From Schizochytrium sp. TIO01 (taxonomy: Eukaryota; Protista; Bigyra: Labyrinthulomycetes): a DNA stretch of 64,000 nucleotides. Each line of letters begins with the position of its first letter. Within the stretch, counting starts at the first letter, position 1. The stretch covers positions 3,715,648 to 3,779,647 of the forward strand of contig SMSO01000014.1 of NCBI GenBank assembly GCA_004764695.1, given 5' to 3'. Under the pieces are notes generated by a model. It had not been told where the DNA came from. It saw only the letters and a program-made list of their open reading frames with translations, and made no database searches. The translations under genes and the position numbers were made by a program. Positions 1 to 12,929 of the stretch are shown here, piece after piece.

Positions 1-1068
1 TTGTGTGTACTTGGTGCTTGGTCCATCAAAGCATGGCTCAAGCATAATTTTGGCCTCTGAGAAAAGTCGAGCGTCAGATTGACCACCTTTATCAGAGTTG
101 TCAAATGCAATGATTTTGACACCTGATTGTGGCGCAGATGGAGTAATATCGCGAATTTTACCTGTGAACCCTTGGATATCGTGCTCTACACGATCAAGAA
201 AGTCAGGGTCACTCAGGGAGCCCCAAATTACACGAAACATCTCTGCAGCATTTAAAAGGCAAAAGTGATCGCGAGCAGGCATATCGAAGCGCACCACAAC
301 ACGACGTGCGGATTCGCGATCACATCCCAACGGAAGAAGCTGGTATCGAAAGCCGATGGTGTATGGAGCCTCAGGAAATAGCTTGAAGCGCCTACCTTCA
401 AGCCAAGATTTGTCGTAGCACCCATAGCCAATACCAAGAACCTGCGCAACTGAAGAATCCTGGCATCCCCGCAGAAGCATAGCGGTTTCTTCGTCTGAGG
501 CTTGGGTCTCGGCCTGTTCAACACCCTTCACAAGACGAGAAACAGAATTGCGCATTTTTTGCACCTGCATGCGCAAAAGTTCGTTTTCCATACGCAGACG
601 CGCATCTGTGGTAAGGCCAGCACATCTCAGCGCTTCTACTTCTGATTGAAGATCTGCGATTCGGCTCATATAGATGTCCCGCTCCTCGACCATAGTGTCG
701 ATGCGCTTCTGGAGTTCTTCACGTTCGATTTTCCTGCGAAGACGGTGACGTCTGCAAGCAGCTGCGTTATCGCCTCCGGAGGCCCGTTTACGCGACTTCT
801 TCTCAGTGTGTGCCGCACCTTCACTGCTGTTGCTGCGATCGCCACTGCTGATGCTACTACTACTCCTAGTCATCTCGCGTGTCTTGATGTCCATGAACTT
901 ATGTGCCCGACCTGGCATGTTTTCGTAGTCTTTGGAGAAACCATCGTACACGCTGGTCTCCGAATGCAAAGGACTATCTGTGTTGGTCATGGAATCTGCT
1001 GCGGAGCCTCCTGTGATGGCCACGTCAATCTCATTGGATCCGACTTCGTTTGTTGATTGCCAGTTCAT
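1..1068 (-). CDS. bZIP transcription factor, 3'-partial (>=356 aa; runs off the left edge)
   Basis: Manual translation, not in the ORF track: the ATG at 1068 opens a stop-free frame to position 1 (MNWQSTNEVG...). Basic region EKKSRKRASGGDNAAACRRHRLRRK has the N-x7-R spacing. It is followed by heptad coiled coil ELQKRIDTMVEERDIYMSRIADLQSEVEALR...LRMENELLRMQV and then a globular C-terminal region. Confidence 0.85.
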   Translation of the reverse strand, partial: MNWQSTNEVGSNEIDVAITGGSAADSMTNTDSPLHSETSVYDGFSKDYENMPGRAHKFMDIKTREMTRSSSSISSGDRSNSSEGAAHTEKKSRKRASGGDNAAACRRHRLRRKIEREELQKRIDTMVEERDIYMSRIADLQSEVEALRCAGLTTDARLRMENELLRMQVQKMRNSVSRLVKGVEQAETQASDEETAMLLRGCQDSSVAQVLGIGYGCYDKSWLEGRRFKLFPEAPYTIGFRYQLLPLGCDRESARRVVVRFDMPARDHFCLLNAAEMFRVIWGSLSDPDFLDRVEHDIQGFTGKIRDITPSAPQSGVKIIAFDNSDKGGQSDARLFSEAKIMLEPCFDGPSTKYTQ

Positions 1069-1362
1069 GGTTGAGTCCCGGGACCAGCGCCCGCCGGCCG
1101 GGATCGGGGCAAAGGGGGGCGAGATTTTCAAAGGGGGTTTGCGGCTCTTGCGGCTCGCTCGCAAGCTTGACTCGTCGCCAAGAACTCGGTAGCAAGATGT
1201 AATATGCTCCACTCTAAACCAATCTAATTCCACACAAAGTTTCTCCCAGGTGATTCTAAAGCAATAGAACTTGAATCGTGGGGCTCCTGCCACGATGTAT
1301 TGTTGCTTCACGCGTGTGAACAGCACCAAGCACAAGTTGAGCGGATTGATGCTGGCGGCAGT

Positions 1363-1392
1363 GATCCACTAGGATCCACTAGGATCCACTAG
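1363..1392. repeat. 10-bp tandem repeat (GATCCACTAG)x3
   Basis: gatccactag gatccactag gatccactag read directly, about 300 bp upstream of the bZIP ATG. Confidence 0.9.
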
Positions 1393-2880
1393 TAGGCCTT
1401 CGTAGCAAGGGCTCAATTTCCGTCGCGCTCCATGCACTGCGCAGGAAAATTGTAAATAACTTCGCAGAACCCAGCTGCGCTCAAAGCTTTGCCTTCTGGA
1501 ACCCCTTCTGGGTCGTGTACAAGTGGAGCAGAGACGAGCGGTCGCTTTCGTTCCGCTTTTGCCTTTTGCCTTTCGGCTTCTGCTTTTATGCTTTTGTTTC
1601 TCTCAACACGATTTCTCTAAAAATCGCAGAAAACAGAGTGCAACTTGAGAAGAAAGTGCTTTCAATCCAGTCTCCTTCGCCTCGGCGCGCCTCGCGTTGC
1701 CCACTACTCGCGGGGCCGAGGGCGGTGAGGGGCTGCTGCGAGTCGGTTCTAGACGGCTGCCGCTCGAGCAGGCCAAAGCGCCGGGCGCAAAGAGAGGGCG
1801 CAAAGAGCCGCGTTAGAGAAAGAGGACTGTTTGGCAGGCAAGCTTTCCGAGTCCTTTTTAATCTATTATTTCTTTCTGTCTGTGATAAAATTATGTTTTA
1901 CTTTCTCTTTCACTTCTTCTCTTCTTCTATTCTGTTGGTAATTAATTTCCTTTCAACTCTGTGATGACATCATCAAAAAAACGCTCTTTATTCTTCACTG
2001 TAGTACTTTCAAAAGGTCGATTTTTGGAGGAACAAATAAATAAACAAATAAATAAATGAATGTGAAGGTCGATTTTTTAAACTCGCAACTTGAAAGAAAA
2101 TGGTTTTTAAAGAGAAAAAGGAAAAAAGTACTTTGCTTGAGAAAAGCCCCTCTATGCATGTATAAGAATGGATGTTGTAGAAAAATAATTGGCAACGAAT
2201 GTTGAAAGGCAATGATCATTAGTAGCTGAGGAAGCGAAGCTGTAACTGAGAGGATGATGCAGACGCGACTACGACCGATACTCTCCTTAAAAGCAACACC
2301 AGCAAAGAGAAACGTTTGTTTATTCTTTCACAGCAATCCATTTATTTGTTTAACTTAAAACAAACACCTTTTGATTACTTTTAATTACATCAAAGTACTA
2401 CACAAGTTTAAAGAAGCCCGAAAGCTAAGAAGATGAAGGTTTCCAAACAGTTCAATTCATGCTATTGCGAGCTCTCTTATCCTGCCGTGCCTAGAAGAGC
2501 CTGAGAAGGTTGCGATGTCCACGAATAGGCTCCTACCCACGGTTAGTCTCGGGTTCAGGACACGAGCTTTATCCACACGCAGAAGCAACGCGAAGTGAAC
2601 TTGGCTCCTCTCTTTCGCGCGTCCGTTTCTATGGTGAAGTTCTTCAAAGAGAAAGAAACAGTCAGTGAGTTGGTGAATTTCCAACTTCCATTCATTCAAG
2701 ATAACTGAGGTTATAAAGGCCCTTATTGCCTACCAATACCAAAACAACTGTGCCCACTTTGAGGAATGTAATGTCACCCGCTTCTTCTGTGGCTAACTAC
2801 GGGGATGCTTGAGGACTGCTGTTGTCTTCCATTTGTGGCATCTTACAAGTACCTTGATGCAGCACAAACGCCTGTTGTCA

Positions 2881-2970
2881 TTGAATTGAATTGAATTGAA
2901 TTGAATTGAATTGAAATGAAATTGAATTGAATTGAAATTGAATTGAATTGAATTGAATTGAATTGAATTG
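2881..2970. repeat. (TTGAA)n pentanucleotide microsatellite
   Basis: About 18 near-perfect TTGAA units. Confidence 0.95.
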
Positions 2971-4055
2971 CAGGCATCTATGGCCCCGTAAGCGAACAGC
3001 AAAACTCTACCATAGGTTCCTATCTAAGCCCCCTTTTATAAAGTACATCGCTGTATGTATGTATTGAAGACACACTCACTGTTATGCTGCAAAGAACTGT
3101 TGAAGAGGAGTTGTGGCCAGAATTGGCTGACGATCCATCCTCTAAAGGCCCTTCTAATCAGGAGCTTTCGTTGAGACTGGCTTGGCTCTTGTTCGTTTCA
3201 TAGGTTAACTCGTGATGTTTTTTCTGATTTCTTTCGAAGGTAGGCAGGCAACTTATTTTCGATTGATGGATTTGTAGAACATGGTCGTAACAAATAGGAA
3301 ATGAAGAGTGACAGCCAGTGGGTGAGGATGAGGTTTAAGAAAAGCCTCCCTTATTTGATTTGCAGTTTGCTAGTTTGTTCATTTGTTCCAAACTGGCGGG
3401 GAGGAAAGAAACCACTACGTACGTAGACACCATGTATAGAGAAGATGGCTAGATATTTACATTAGCTTGATCTCGTGTAGATTCTATCAGCCTAGTTGAG
3501 CTCAGTGCCTGTGTAAAGTTTCAAAAAGTTATTTATTATCGTTATTATTATGATTGATATATTGAATTATTTATCGATCGTTCGTTTACTTTCGTTCTCT
3601 CTCGCACTTTCTCTTCGAGGTGTTTCTGCGCCCTTTTCTTATTATTTCTCTATAACTAATGCAAAACCGAAGTGAGTTTTGGCAACTCATTCAGACTTCA
3701 ACACGGGCCCGGAACATCTTGGTCTCAGTTCCGACGGGTTTCCTACAACCTCGATATATGTAACGCTGGCTTTGATCGCTGATGCAGTCGCTTGGTGTGG
3801 AAAACTTTGTTTCAGTCATGAAAACATTACGGTATTGGCAGCGAGTTGGGCAGAACACCTTCTTATGCATTGATAGGTCGAGTCTACGTATTGTATTGAG
3901 AATGGACAACTCACTGCCACAGCCCCCCCTGTAGTCAGCATCGGCGTGTCCTTTCTCTTGTACGTGTGGAGTCCAAGCAATAAGAACAGTTCTCCTGCAC
4001 TTCTGGTCTTAACCAATGACCCTCTGGAACGTTCAGGTTTTCACAACCCATTGAA

Positions 4056-4079
4056 CTTCTTCTTCTTCTTCTTCTTCTT
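4056..4079. repeat. (CTT)8 microsatellite
   Basis: Read directly. Confidence 0.9.
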
Positions 4080-5709
4080 GAAGTTGCAGCATCCAGAAAT
4101 AGCTGCTCCTCAATGCACGTATGTATGCACTGATCGCTTCAAACAATAGGAAGTAATTAAGGAGAGCTAAAGTTACACAATACCAATCCGCCCTGCTGAC
4201 ACATCTTTTTTGGAGTTGTATAGAGTCCTAATGTTTGTGTTAGATGTACCATGCTGGTGTAAAGACGATTTTTATTATCGTTATTATTTTAAAGTTTAAA
4301 GTTTAAATAAAATAAAATAATAAAATAATTATAAAAATGCCACGTGCTCTTTTTAATTGATAGAATAGAATAGACTTAGTTTTGCTTTGTTTATTTTGTT
4401 CTGCTTGGTTAGGTATTGCTCTATCCCATGACTGGTTTTATGGGCACTCATTGAAGGTCCCTAAGGCCTTGCGTGGCATTGAGAGAAACGGAGGGTTGAT
4501 CTACAAGTAGGCATGGTGAACTTACACGGGGTTTAGGCGGCGAAGGACACAGAAGCTGACACTGACGCAAAATCAGAAACCTTTCTTTCAGCGTAGGTTC
4601 TACCTACCATTTCCTAAATTTCTTTTCAGACTAACAAAACTTTGTATATGTAGACCTATCTATATAGCCTATGCCTTGTCTTTTACTCATGAAAATAAAT
4701 AAATAAGTAAATAAGTGAATAGAAGGTAAGAATAGTGTTTTTTTTTTTTGTTTTTTTTTTAAATTAATCTCTGAAGTTACAACGTCGAGCCCGTTTGCGA
4801 TTCACCTTTTCATCTAACTCGCAATTTGCCGGTGGTCGACATCCTGGTTTTGGCCTCTTGCCTGTAAACAGTCACCTCGGCTATCGAGGGCCAATGCATT
4901 TATCAATCAAACATTGATTCGTTTGTATGCTTGCTTAACAATTTAATCAACCTGCAAGCTTGCCTGCTTTGCTTCGATTCTTACGTTGTTGCTTCCGTCA
5001 GTTCGCTTGCTGCAGAAGAGAACTTGAGAAACTCCCCGCAATTTTTGAACCAAAGAAAGTAAACGAAACAAACGGCACCTGCAGATCTATATCTAAATGC
5101 AGCTACAGGTTATCTGTCCAGCCTTTGCCTGAAAACGCGAGCGATGACCAGCAGAATAACTGGAATGCAAACATCAAAAGCCTTTTAAGAACTGAAAAGC
5201 AAACAGCAGAAACATCGAACGAGAAAGTGAGCTCTAGCTCGAACGGAAAAGTGGCCTGACAGCCAAAGCACAGAAGAGGACGCCGCGAAGTGTTTTGATG
5301 TAGCATGCCTTAATGATCTGCTTGAAGTGCTGCACGTATGTGATAAAGTGATCACAATATACTGATGAGGGAGGTTTCATGGCCACAAGAAATGAGCTTG
5401 CTAGAAGCGCGAAATCAGATAAGGCTTTGAGAAAGATGAACTTTATACTTGCCAAATGAAATGTGAATTGAAAAGTCTGCTTATGAACCCTTCAGATTCG
5501 GGATCAGTCACTTGGCTCAATTATGAAGAAATAAAGCGAAGCGGGCCAAGCGAAAGAATCAGGTAACTTAGCAAAGCTCACGAGTAACTTTTTTAATTGT
5601 TTTTTTAAGAAATCAAATTTAAGTAGAAATGATAAAAGGAAGGACGAGAAATGATTCGTCGAAGGTACATTGTTGACCGGTGTTCCGTTCTTTTACCTAT
5701 TAATTGAAA

Positions 5710-5716
<7 letters not shown>

Positions 5717-5759
<43 letters not shown>
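5717..5759. repeat. (AG)n microsatellite
   Basis: About 21 AG units. Confidence 0.95.
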
Positions 5760-5763
<4 letters not shown>

Positions 5764-7613
5764 TTTTAAAATTAATTTTTTGAAGAGACGAAAGTACTTT
5801 GTAAAACGATCCACGAAGACTCGACGAATCAATGCCGCTGCCAGGAGCGCTAAGTATACCGTGTTGTCCAAGACAAAAGCAGAGGTCTATAAACCCAGGA
5901 CGAGGCGAAGACAGGCCAAGTGCTGGTGCTGGTTGTTGAGTTCACAGCAGCGGCTCTCTCGCGAGCGAGAACTTGACAAGCGCACAAGAACAGAAAGTGG
6001 ACATCATTGGTGTACCACCGCGGCACAGTGTTAGCAGAAGCCTTCTCGTGTTGCAAACCAGCTCAAACTAAAGGCGGAGCTCGTAGACACGATCGACTCT
6101 GTTCTGGTTCACTTGATCGTCGACATGCACCAGCCAGAGGTGCTGCGGATACGAAAAGGCGGCACGGGAAAAAGTTTAGGGTGAAGCAAACAAGAACCGT
6201 GGTTCGTACGAGGTGACCTTCGGCCCGGCCAAGACGCTGCAGCAGTACACCGCTTTGGCGATGGGGGCAAGCAAGCAAGCAAGCCCCAGACAACCATCGC
6301 GGATGAGTCTTGAACGACACTGGCGGAAACGGTCTCCAGAAGCACGCGTTAAACCTCAAGCGAACGCAATAGAGCATTCGATTCCTTTGAGCCCATCGTG
6401 AAAAGCAATTTCTCCATAACCTTTTCTATTTGACGACTGTAAAACAAAGCAAAAAGGACAATAGCGATCGCAAGAAAAAATATTATATGTATACAGAGAG
6501 GCAGAGTGAGAGAGAGTGAGAGCGCTATCCGGTCATCAAGCTCTACGCAGAACAGAAAATGTTAGACTTGACTTGCAGAAGGACCCAAAGAGATTGCCGA
6601 CCCACAGAACCAGCTAGCAGCGGTTTCGAATCAGCTCATCATAGAGCTTGCTGGGCGAAACAGGGGTCACTTGATCCCACGAAGTCCAGGCTTCAACGTA
6701 GAGACTCAGCATTGAGATTGCGAAGCTGCTGCACTAGGACCCACAGAAGGACGCAAGCCTGGACCGTTTGTGGACGAGGCTGCTCCTGAAGAGACGCTTT
6801 TGGACGCACACTAATTAAAAGAAGAAAGAACATGTGAGAGGTCAGTAAAACAAATTGATAAACATACAAATACGGGGAAAAGAATGGGCGCTCACTCAGC
6901 TACCACGCGCGCAATGTCTTGTTGGCAATCTAATGCAAACGGAAATGAACGAGAGTATGAAAAACAAGGTCTATGCATTAGACGGAGGTTTGGGGCGGCG
7001 CGATCGACTCCAGGAAACGAGGCCGAATGACGAGAAGAATTCACTGAGAGCTCGAGTGATTTGAGTAAGCCAAGCTAATGGACTGCGTCCTTGATGTGAT
7101 AGATGTATGTATATGTATTTGTACAAGGTTGGTGTAGCTACCTACTATTTGAGATAAAACTTGAGGCGTTGTTTCGAACGAGGTAATTCATGGATTGCGC
7201 GGTTGATGGGGGAGGTAGGTAGGTGAAGTGCTTATATTTTACCAGCTTAAATATCAATTGCTCCAGGCTAGAACTGGAAACACTTGTTGAGATTGTCTGA
7301 GCTTGTTTGAGCTTCTTATTGATGATGAATGAACTGGTACTAGCAGTTACTATGTACCAACAGCAAACAAGAAAAGAAGAGAAAAGAGGGAAGGGAAGAG
7401 ATGGGAAGGGAAAGCAAAGAAAGCAGAGCGAAGTGTGGAGGAAAGGGAAAGAAGGAAAAGAAGCGGGACTTGTTTCGAGAGGTATCTTGAGTGTTTTAAA
7501 GATAACATTTTATTTGATTTTTTAAGAATGTTGTTTATTTTTTCTTCTCCTTCTTCTTGATCTTTTTTCTTTTAAAAATTAATTTGTTGGTAAAGGTGAC
7601 TATTTTCGTCGAT

Positions 7614-7648
7614 CAAGCCAAGCCAAGCCAAGCCAAGCCAAGCCAAGC
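7614..7648. repeat. (CAAGC)7 microsatellite
   Basis: Read directly. Confidence 0.9.
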
Positions 7649-10600
7649 CTCGGGTTATCTAATGTCATCCCGAACCACAAGGCGTTGGCGTTGGCATTGT
7701 CATTACTCGCGTAGACTCAATATGCATGGAGAATGCAAGGTTCGATGTCTCAGTGAGGCGCAAAGTCTAGTTTTAGCCTCAACAATTCTACAATGGGGAA
7801 ACGCCAAGGGCGAAAAGTGAAATAGTGTTTGAGGTCACTTCACGTTGCCTAAAACTTATAGTTGGCTAAGTACCTGATAGTCGTGCGGCAGACCTGTTCT
7901 GCAAAACCGACGCCAAAGCTTTTTCAATTCGTTGTTTTAAACAGTAGTAATAGGTCTGGTTATCATGGTATCGCGCTTTGCAATTCTGTTAGTGATCAAT
8001 GATGGATCCATAGGTCCAACGATTTAGTGACACTTTACGATGCCAATCTATTAAGTATATATATGTTGACGGGTGAGCACCATAAAGTAGAGGACAAGAT
8101 CAGATAAAAGGTAAGCTTTTGCTGTAATATTCGTCGTCTTTAGTTTCTTTATGTTTCCTTTTAGATCTAATAGACCTTCTCGTCCAGCATTTTGTACGTA
8201 TAGAGTCCCTTTTGGTACTGTTGATAGATATGCTTGACAATGAAAATGGAATGTATCAAGAAATTCGTTCATAGCGCTTTATGTTTTGTGCGGCTCTGGA
8301 GTGGAAATAACCATTCTAGACGGAAAACCGGCAGAGACAGGAGCCGTTTTTCAGGAGAGCTGTTATACAAGTTCTCCATCGTTACAAAATCAAAAAAAAT
8401 TGAAGAATTAAATAGTAACATTGATCAAAGATCCCGGAGATTGAAATCTTAGACTCCGTACCTACGTATCACGGAATGACAATCACTTTCCTCGCGCGTC
8501 AGCAACTCTTAAGGAACGAACATACTGAAGTCAAATGCATCATATTCTTGCTTTTAAAATACAAAACATATTAACATCAAACAGAGTGTGCGAACTCGAA
8601 GAATTATGGATTATGAGGTACCTATTACCTAGTACCCAGTACCTAGTACGTACTGCTGCAACCTCTTACAATGAGTTGCCCAACTTATTTCCTACGTTGA
8701 ACAGCTCGCGAAGCTTTGTTACGACCGCTGAATTACTAGAACCTGCTATTGAGGGACGCCTCTGAAGGATCCAGGCAATAGATCAAGGTGTTCTCGAACT
8801 TTTATATGCACACGCTTTTACCGCTGGCATTTGCATCGTTGATATGTGGTGCTGAGTAAATTCTACACTGGGGAAACAAACAAAAGAAAATAGAAAATTC
8901 ACTCAGGCAGCCTTTATTTGAAGGAGTGTGAATATGGCAAGGCTACACCCTGACAAATAGAAAACGTCTTTCGCACGACAAAGTCTTTGATATCCAGACC
9001 AGACTCATGTAGCGGCGGAAATAAAGTTCATAAACACTAAGTTCTATGCGAGGGACACTCTGTGGTAGCTTCTGTAATTTTCAGATGACTAGCTTTTTTC
9101 GGCGCCGTCATCCCAAGAGCCTCAGATTTGTAGAAGTACCAAAGGTATCTAGCTGCGCTGTTTCTCTTCTGATGAAAGGCAGCCACTGTCTTTGTCGGGC
9201 TTGCACATGGTCAGACATAAGCTTTAAGAAAGTAAAGAAAGATCAACGTTGTTTTCAAAATATTTGATTTACCCTTTGGTTCCACATGTTCGTAAAGAAT
9301 TTTCTCTGCATCCGTGTCGAAAGAACAAAACATTTAGCTAACTACTTGACCAAGTAACCCGACCTACCTGGATACCTACCTATATACGCCGTTTCACTCT
9401 TATGGAACAGTGGCTTTTTATAGACTACCTGCGGTACAAATGCAAACAAAAGCAAAGCTCTACCTACAGTGCGTGAAATGAAAACAAAGCAAATCGCTCG
9501 AATGGAAGTTTCTCTTTTCCCTTTTTTTTTTCTTTTCGAAGAAGAAAATGGAAATGGAAATGAAAATGGAAATGGAAACCTGAAGAACTTTGTTTCTGTT
9601 TTTTTTTTTTTTTTAATTTTTTCAATTAACCCGTAAAGGAAGGCTTGAAATTGCAGAGTTAAAATCTAGAAACCGATGCCTGCCTGCACATCGGCGCCTA
9701 GCCAGGGCATCCATACAAGAAAGCGATCGCGGCCCCGTCTCCGCACTTTCGCTCGCTCGCTCATTCATTCAGTCAAATCAACTTGAAGAACAGCAGAGCA
9801 GCGATCGTGCGCCCACAGAGAGCCGCGAAGTCTGAGTGACTGGTCGCAAATAGCATACTTTATCGCAGTTGGGACAAGAGAAAAAGGCCAGCATCTCCAA
9901 ATGAGTAGAGTAGTAAGTAGGCAAGCTGCTGAGGTGGGAATAGCGTGTGGTCATGCCAAAGCGTAGAGGGGAAGGGCTTGACTGTGCGTGGGTGGGTGGG
10001 TGTCAATCATCTGGTGTTGACCAGCGTTGGAGCATGGTGTCGAGCTTGGAGGAGGAGGTGGTGGTGGTGGTGGTGGCCACGATCGTTGGCCCTTTTTTCG
10101 TTGATTTCTTCTTCCTTTTCCTCTGTATGTTGGCTGGGTTTCTTGATTCTTTTTTTCCTTTTTCAACTGAAAATAGACAAATTTGTTTTTTAATTTGAAA
10201 TAGAAATCAGAAGAAGGCAGCTTGAGAGGTAAGTAAGTGCGTACGAAGAAGGTGGTAAGGTGGAGGAAAGAAAGAAGGAGGCACAAGCCAAAAGTAATGT
10301 TGTTTAGACCAAGAAGAGGAAGAGGGCTGTGATTTTCAGAATACACATAGTATGATAAATAATCGTAAAATGAATAATGGTGATTGTTTTTATTGTTATT
10401 ATCGGACCTGCCCGCGAGTTTTCTTTTCGGGCGAGGCTGTGTTGTAATACTCTTCTTTGGAACTTTTCTATTCATTTTCAAGGATCATCGTACATAATAG
10501 TACTCGTACCTAGGTTGTTGCGAATTTGGTGTTATTTTTTTGCGATGGAAGCTTTTTATGGATAGATCTCTTATTTCCTAGGTAGGTCGAACCAACACAG

Positions 10601-11759
10601 TGAGCAGGTATCAAAGTCGTTGTGTAGATCACACGCTCGAAGGTGCCACCACGTTTATACGACAAAAAATTAGTTTGATGAGGTCTTTTGCAAAGAAAAG
10701 TTTGAAGCCGAGGAGGGCATTTGAGATGAAAAGTCCTCCTCTGCAAACCTCAGCAATAGCATACGGAATGAGGAGGAATAGACGCACACTACGTGAAGAG
10801 AGAAAGCCGACTAAACCTAGTGTCTGCGAAGTGATTGCCTTTTCTGCTTTGATTTCTCGTAGACGGAAGCTTCAGAGGGTCTACCTGCCTCTCTTTCCTT
10901 GTTTGGCGAGAGCTTTCCCACATTCGCTGTAATGAAGAACCGCTTACGAGTCACGGGCGTTAAAGTTTGATGCTCCTCATTCGCTTTTCTTACGCCGGCT
11001 GCGGTTTGTAGCAAGCAAAATGTGCATGGCTCGTACTTAGAGGAGGACTGGTTTCCCATGGAAGATTGCGTAAGCTTGCTTGCGTAAGTGAGGGTGAAGA
11101 AAGCCCTGCTGAAAGCGAATCACATGCGACTTGAACTGTACAATGATCGCATGTCGAAAATGTGACTTTGAGCAAATACACACTCGACCAGCACAAAAGC
11201 CGCCCGTGGCAGACGCAGCTTCTACCATCTAGTTCCCTTCTGCATGCGGATGAGTGAGTGAGTGCTCGAAGCTTGAAGGGGACAAGAGCTCAAGGTCTGA
11301 GATCAGTACCTCGCGATCGGAGACCTCGAAGCCTCCTTTTCTGAGCACTTGTCTATCGGCTCGACCCGCACAGACCAAGTAAGTCTCTTGGCTTGGACAA
11401 AGCGGAGACAAGTTTGAGAAAGGCCCGAGGGCTGTAACAGGTAAGCAAAGCTCAAAGTCGACGGAATGGGAATAGTGGGAGAGCTGGCGACTTCCTTCTC
11501 AGAGCTCGGGCAGTGGAAGAATGACGGAGATTTGCAAATTGGGCGGAAACCGCTGAGCGTGGGAAAGATTTCTGATCACGCTTGACGCAAGATATTCCAA
11601 AAGGGCTGAAGAAGCACTTCTTCCAATATGCAGAGCAAAATGAAGATCGACACCAGTCGATCCGCACAGATAAAGTTTGCCGTCTTAAGCGGAGTCAAAC
11701 CCGCTCAACTCATCGCTGCTTCGGCCTTGGAGCATCTAGTCCCTGACTGAAGGAATTAT

Positions 11760-11780
11760 GAGTGAGTGAGTGAGTGAGTG
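11760..11780. repeat. (GAGT)5 microsatellite
   Basis: Read directly. Confidence 0.85.
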
Positions 11781-12929
11781 AATGGGCAGAAAAGGAAAGT
11801 GCAAAGGACACCATGAAGGAGAGAGCACGGAACAGATAAATCTACATAATCAAGCTTCTCAAAAAACACACCTTTGCCACGTGTGTGAGATATCCGCGAA
11901 TCTCGCCTCACCTGGAGAGATCCATTTCTTAACCTGTTTTCAGAGTATGCGATCTTCAGGCTGTTGATATTGATTGAACCCATCTGCTCGTGGAGAGCGA
12001 GAGCACAACTTGCGCATGCGAGTTTCTGATTAAAGAAGGTATCGACCGTTTCAACATTTCTATATAGCGTTTCGCGGTGTACATAAGTCTTCTTAACACG
12101 AGTCGGGGTCAACGAGGGAGGATTCTTAGTCTACAAAATCGGACGGGCGAAACTTTGTTGTTCTTTCTATAACTTTAAAAATAGTAGCGGTAGCTTCTAT
12201 TTTGACAAGAAGAATAATAGACCTGCAGCTTCCTTCCCAGCAATGGTCTAATCATTAGTTCAAGACATTTCATAGCGGAGTTGCCTTCTTCCTTTTCATG
12301 TCTTGTTCGCTCCGCCCATGGAATTCGTCTACTAAAGGGCGTGCCATTTTGCAACGGAATCCAAAATTCGCGGATCCATCTAGTACTTGTTTGCCTCTGT
12401 GAACGAACTAGTGAGACTATGTGATGATGCGTCGCCCCCATAGGATGCGAAATATGAAGATGGATGCTGGTGTGGATATATTTAAATAATGGTAAACACG
12501 AAGCGCAATTGGAACTCCAAACGACTCCTCGGCAGCTATTTCTTGCGTTTGATTCAGAATTCGAAGATTTCGTTTCTTGCTTCCTTTAGGCTGCGTCCAA
12601 CAAGAAGGCTAAGTCATTCGAGCAAGGTGATTACAAACTTAGAGATAAAAAATAAAGAGAATTTAAAGTAAACTTGATGGGAAGATAACCTATTCGTAGT
12701 TTTGTTTTGGTTTTTTCGAAATTGATCTAGCTCAGTCACAACATCGGAGGCGAAAGTCCAAAATTGATCGCTTGCAAAAATGAAGTTCTCTCTAACAAAG
12801 AGGTACAAAGTTCGCATTGACGCAACACCAATCAGAAGATTAAAACGTTCAAGGGAGCACTTTAACAACAGCACCCACACTCTGAGCCTTGCAATCCTTA
12901 CTTCTGCATAACCCAACAGGAACCCAGGC

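Larger units (their letters stand above)
1069..12929. promoter_or_regulatory. ~11.9-kb region without credible long CDS, upstream of the bZIP gene (also contains the calpain 3' UTR)
   Basis: Only short, low-complexity ORFs. AT-rich tracts alternate with GC-richer islands, with many microsatellites. Regulatory role is inferred from position. Confidence 0.45.

Noticed and set aside
252-1192. ORF-track entries 252-524, 646-1056 and 932-1192
   Set aside because: They are alternative-frame or antisense shadows of the bZIP CDS at 1-1068 (minus strand).
1363-2970. Short tandem repeats as a CRISPR array or telomeric repeats
   Set aside because: There are no unique spacers or cas genes, and the units are not TTAGGG/TTTAGGG. 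These are ordinary micro- and minisatellites.
8051-8272. REG.L...YLLSDLVLY as a RhoGEF-type PH domain gene
   Set aside because: There is no upstream DH domain or downstream PH strands in frame, so the resemblance may be chance. Kept only as a low-interest relic.
9945-10481. 176-aa Pro-rich ORF and overlapping ORFs
   Set aside because: They arise from (GGT/GGA)n and A/T-rich low-complexity tracts, and their composition is non-coding-like.
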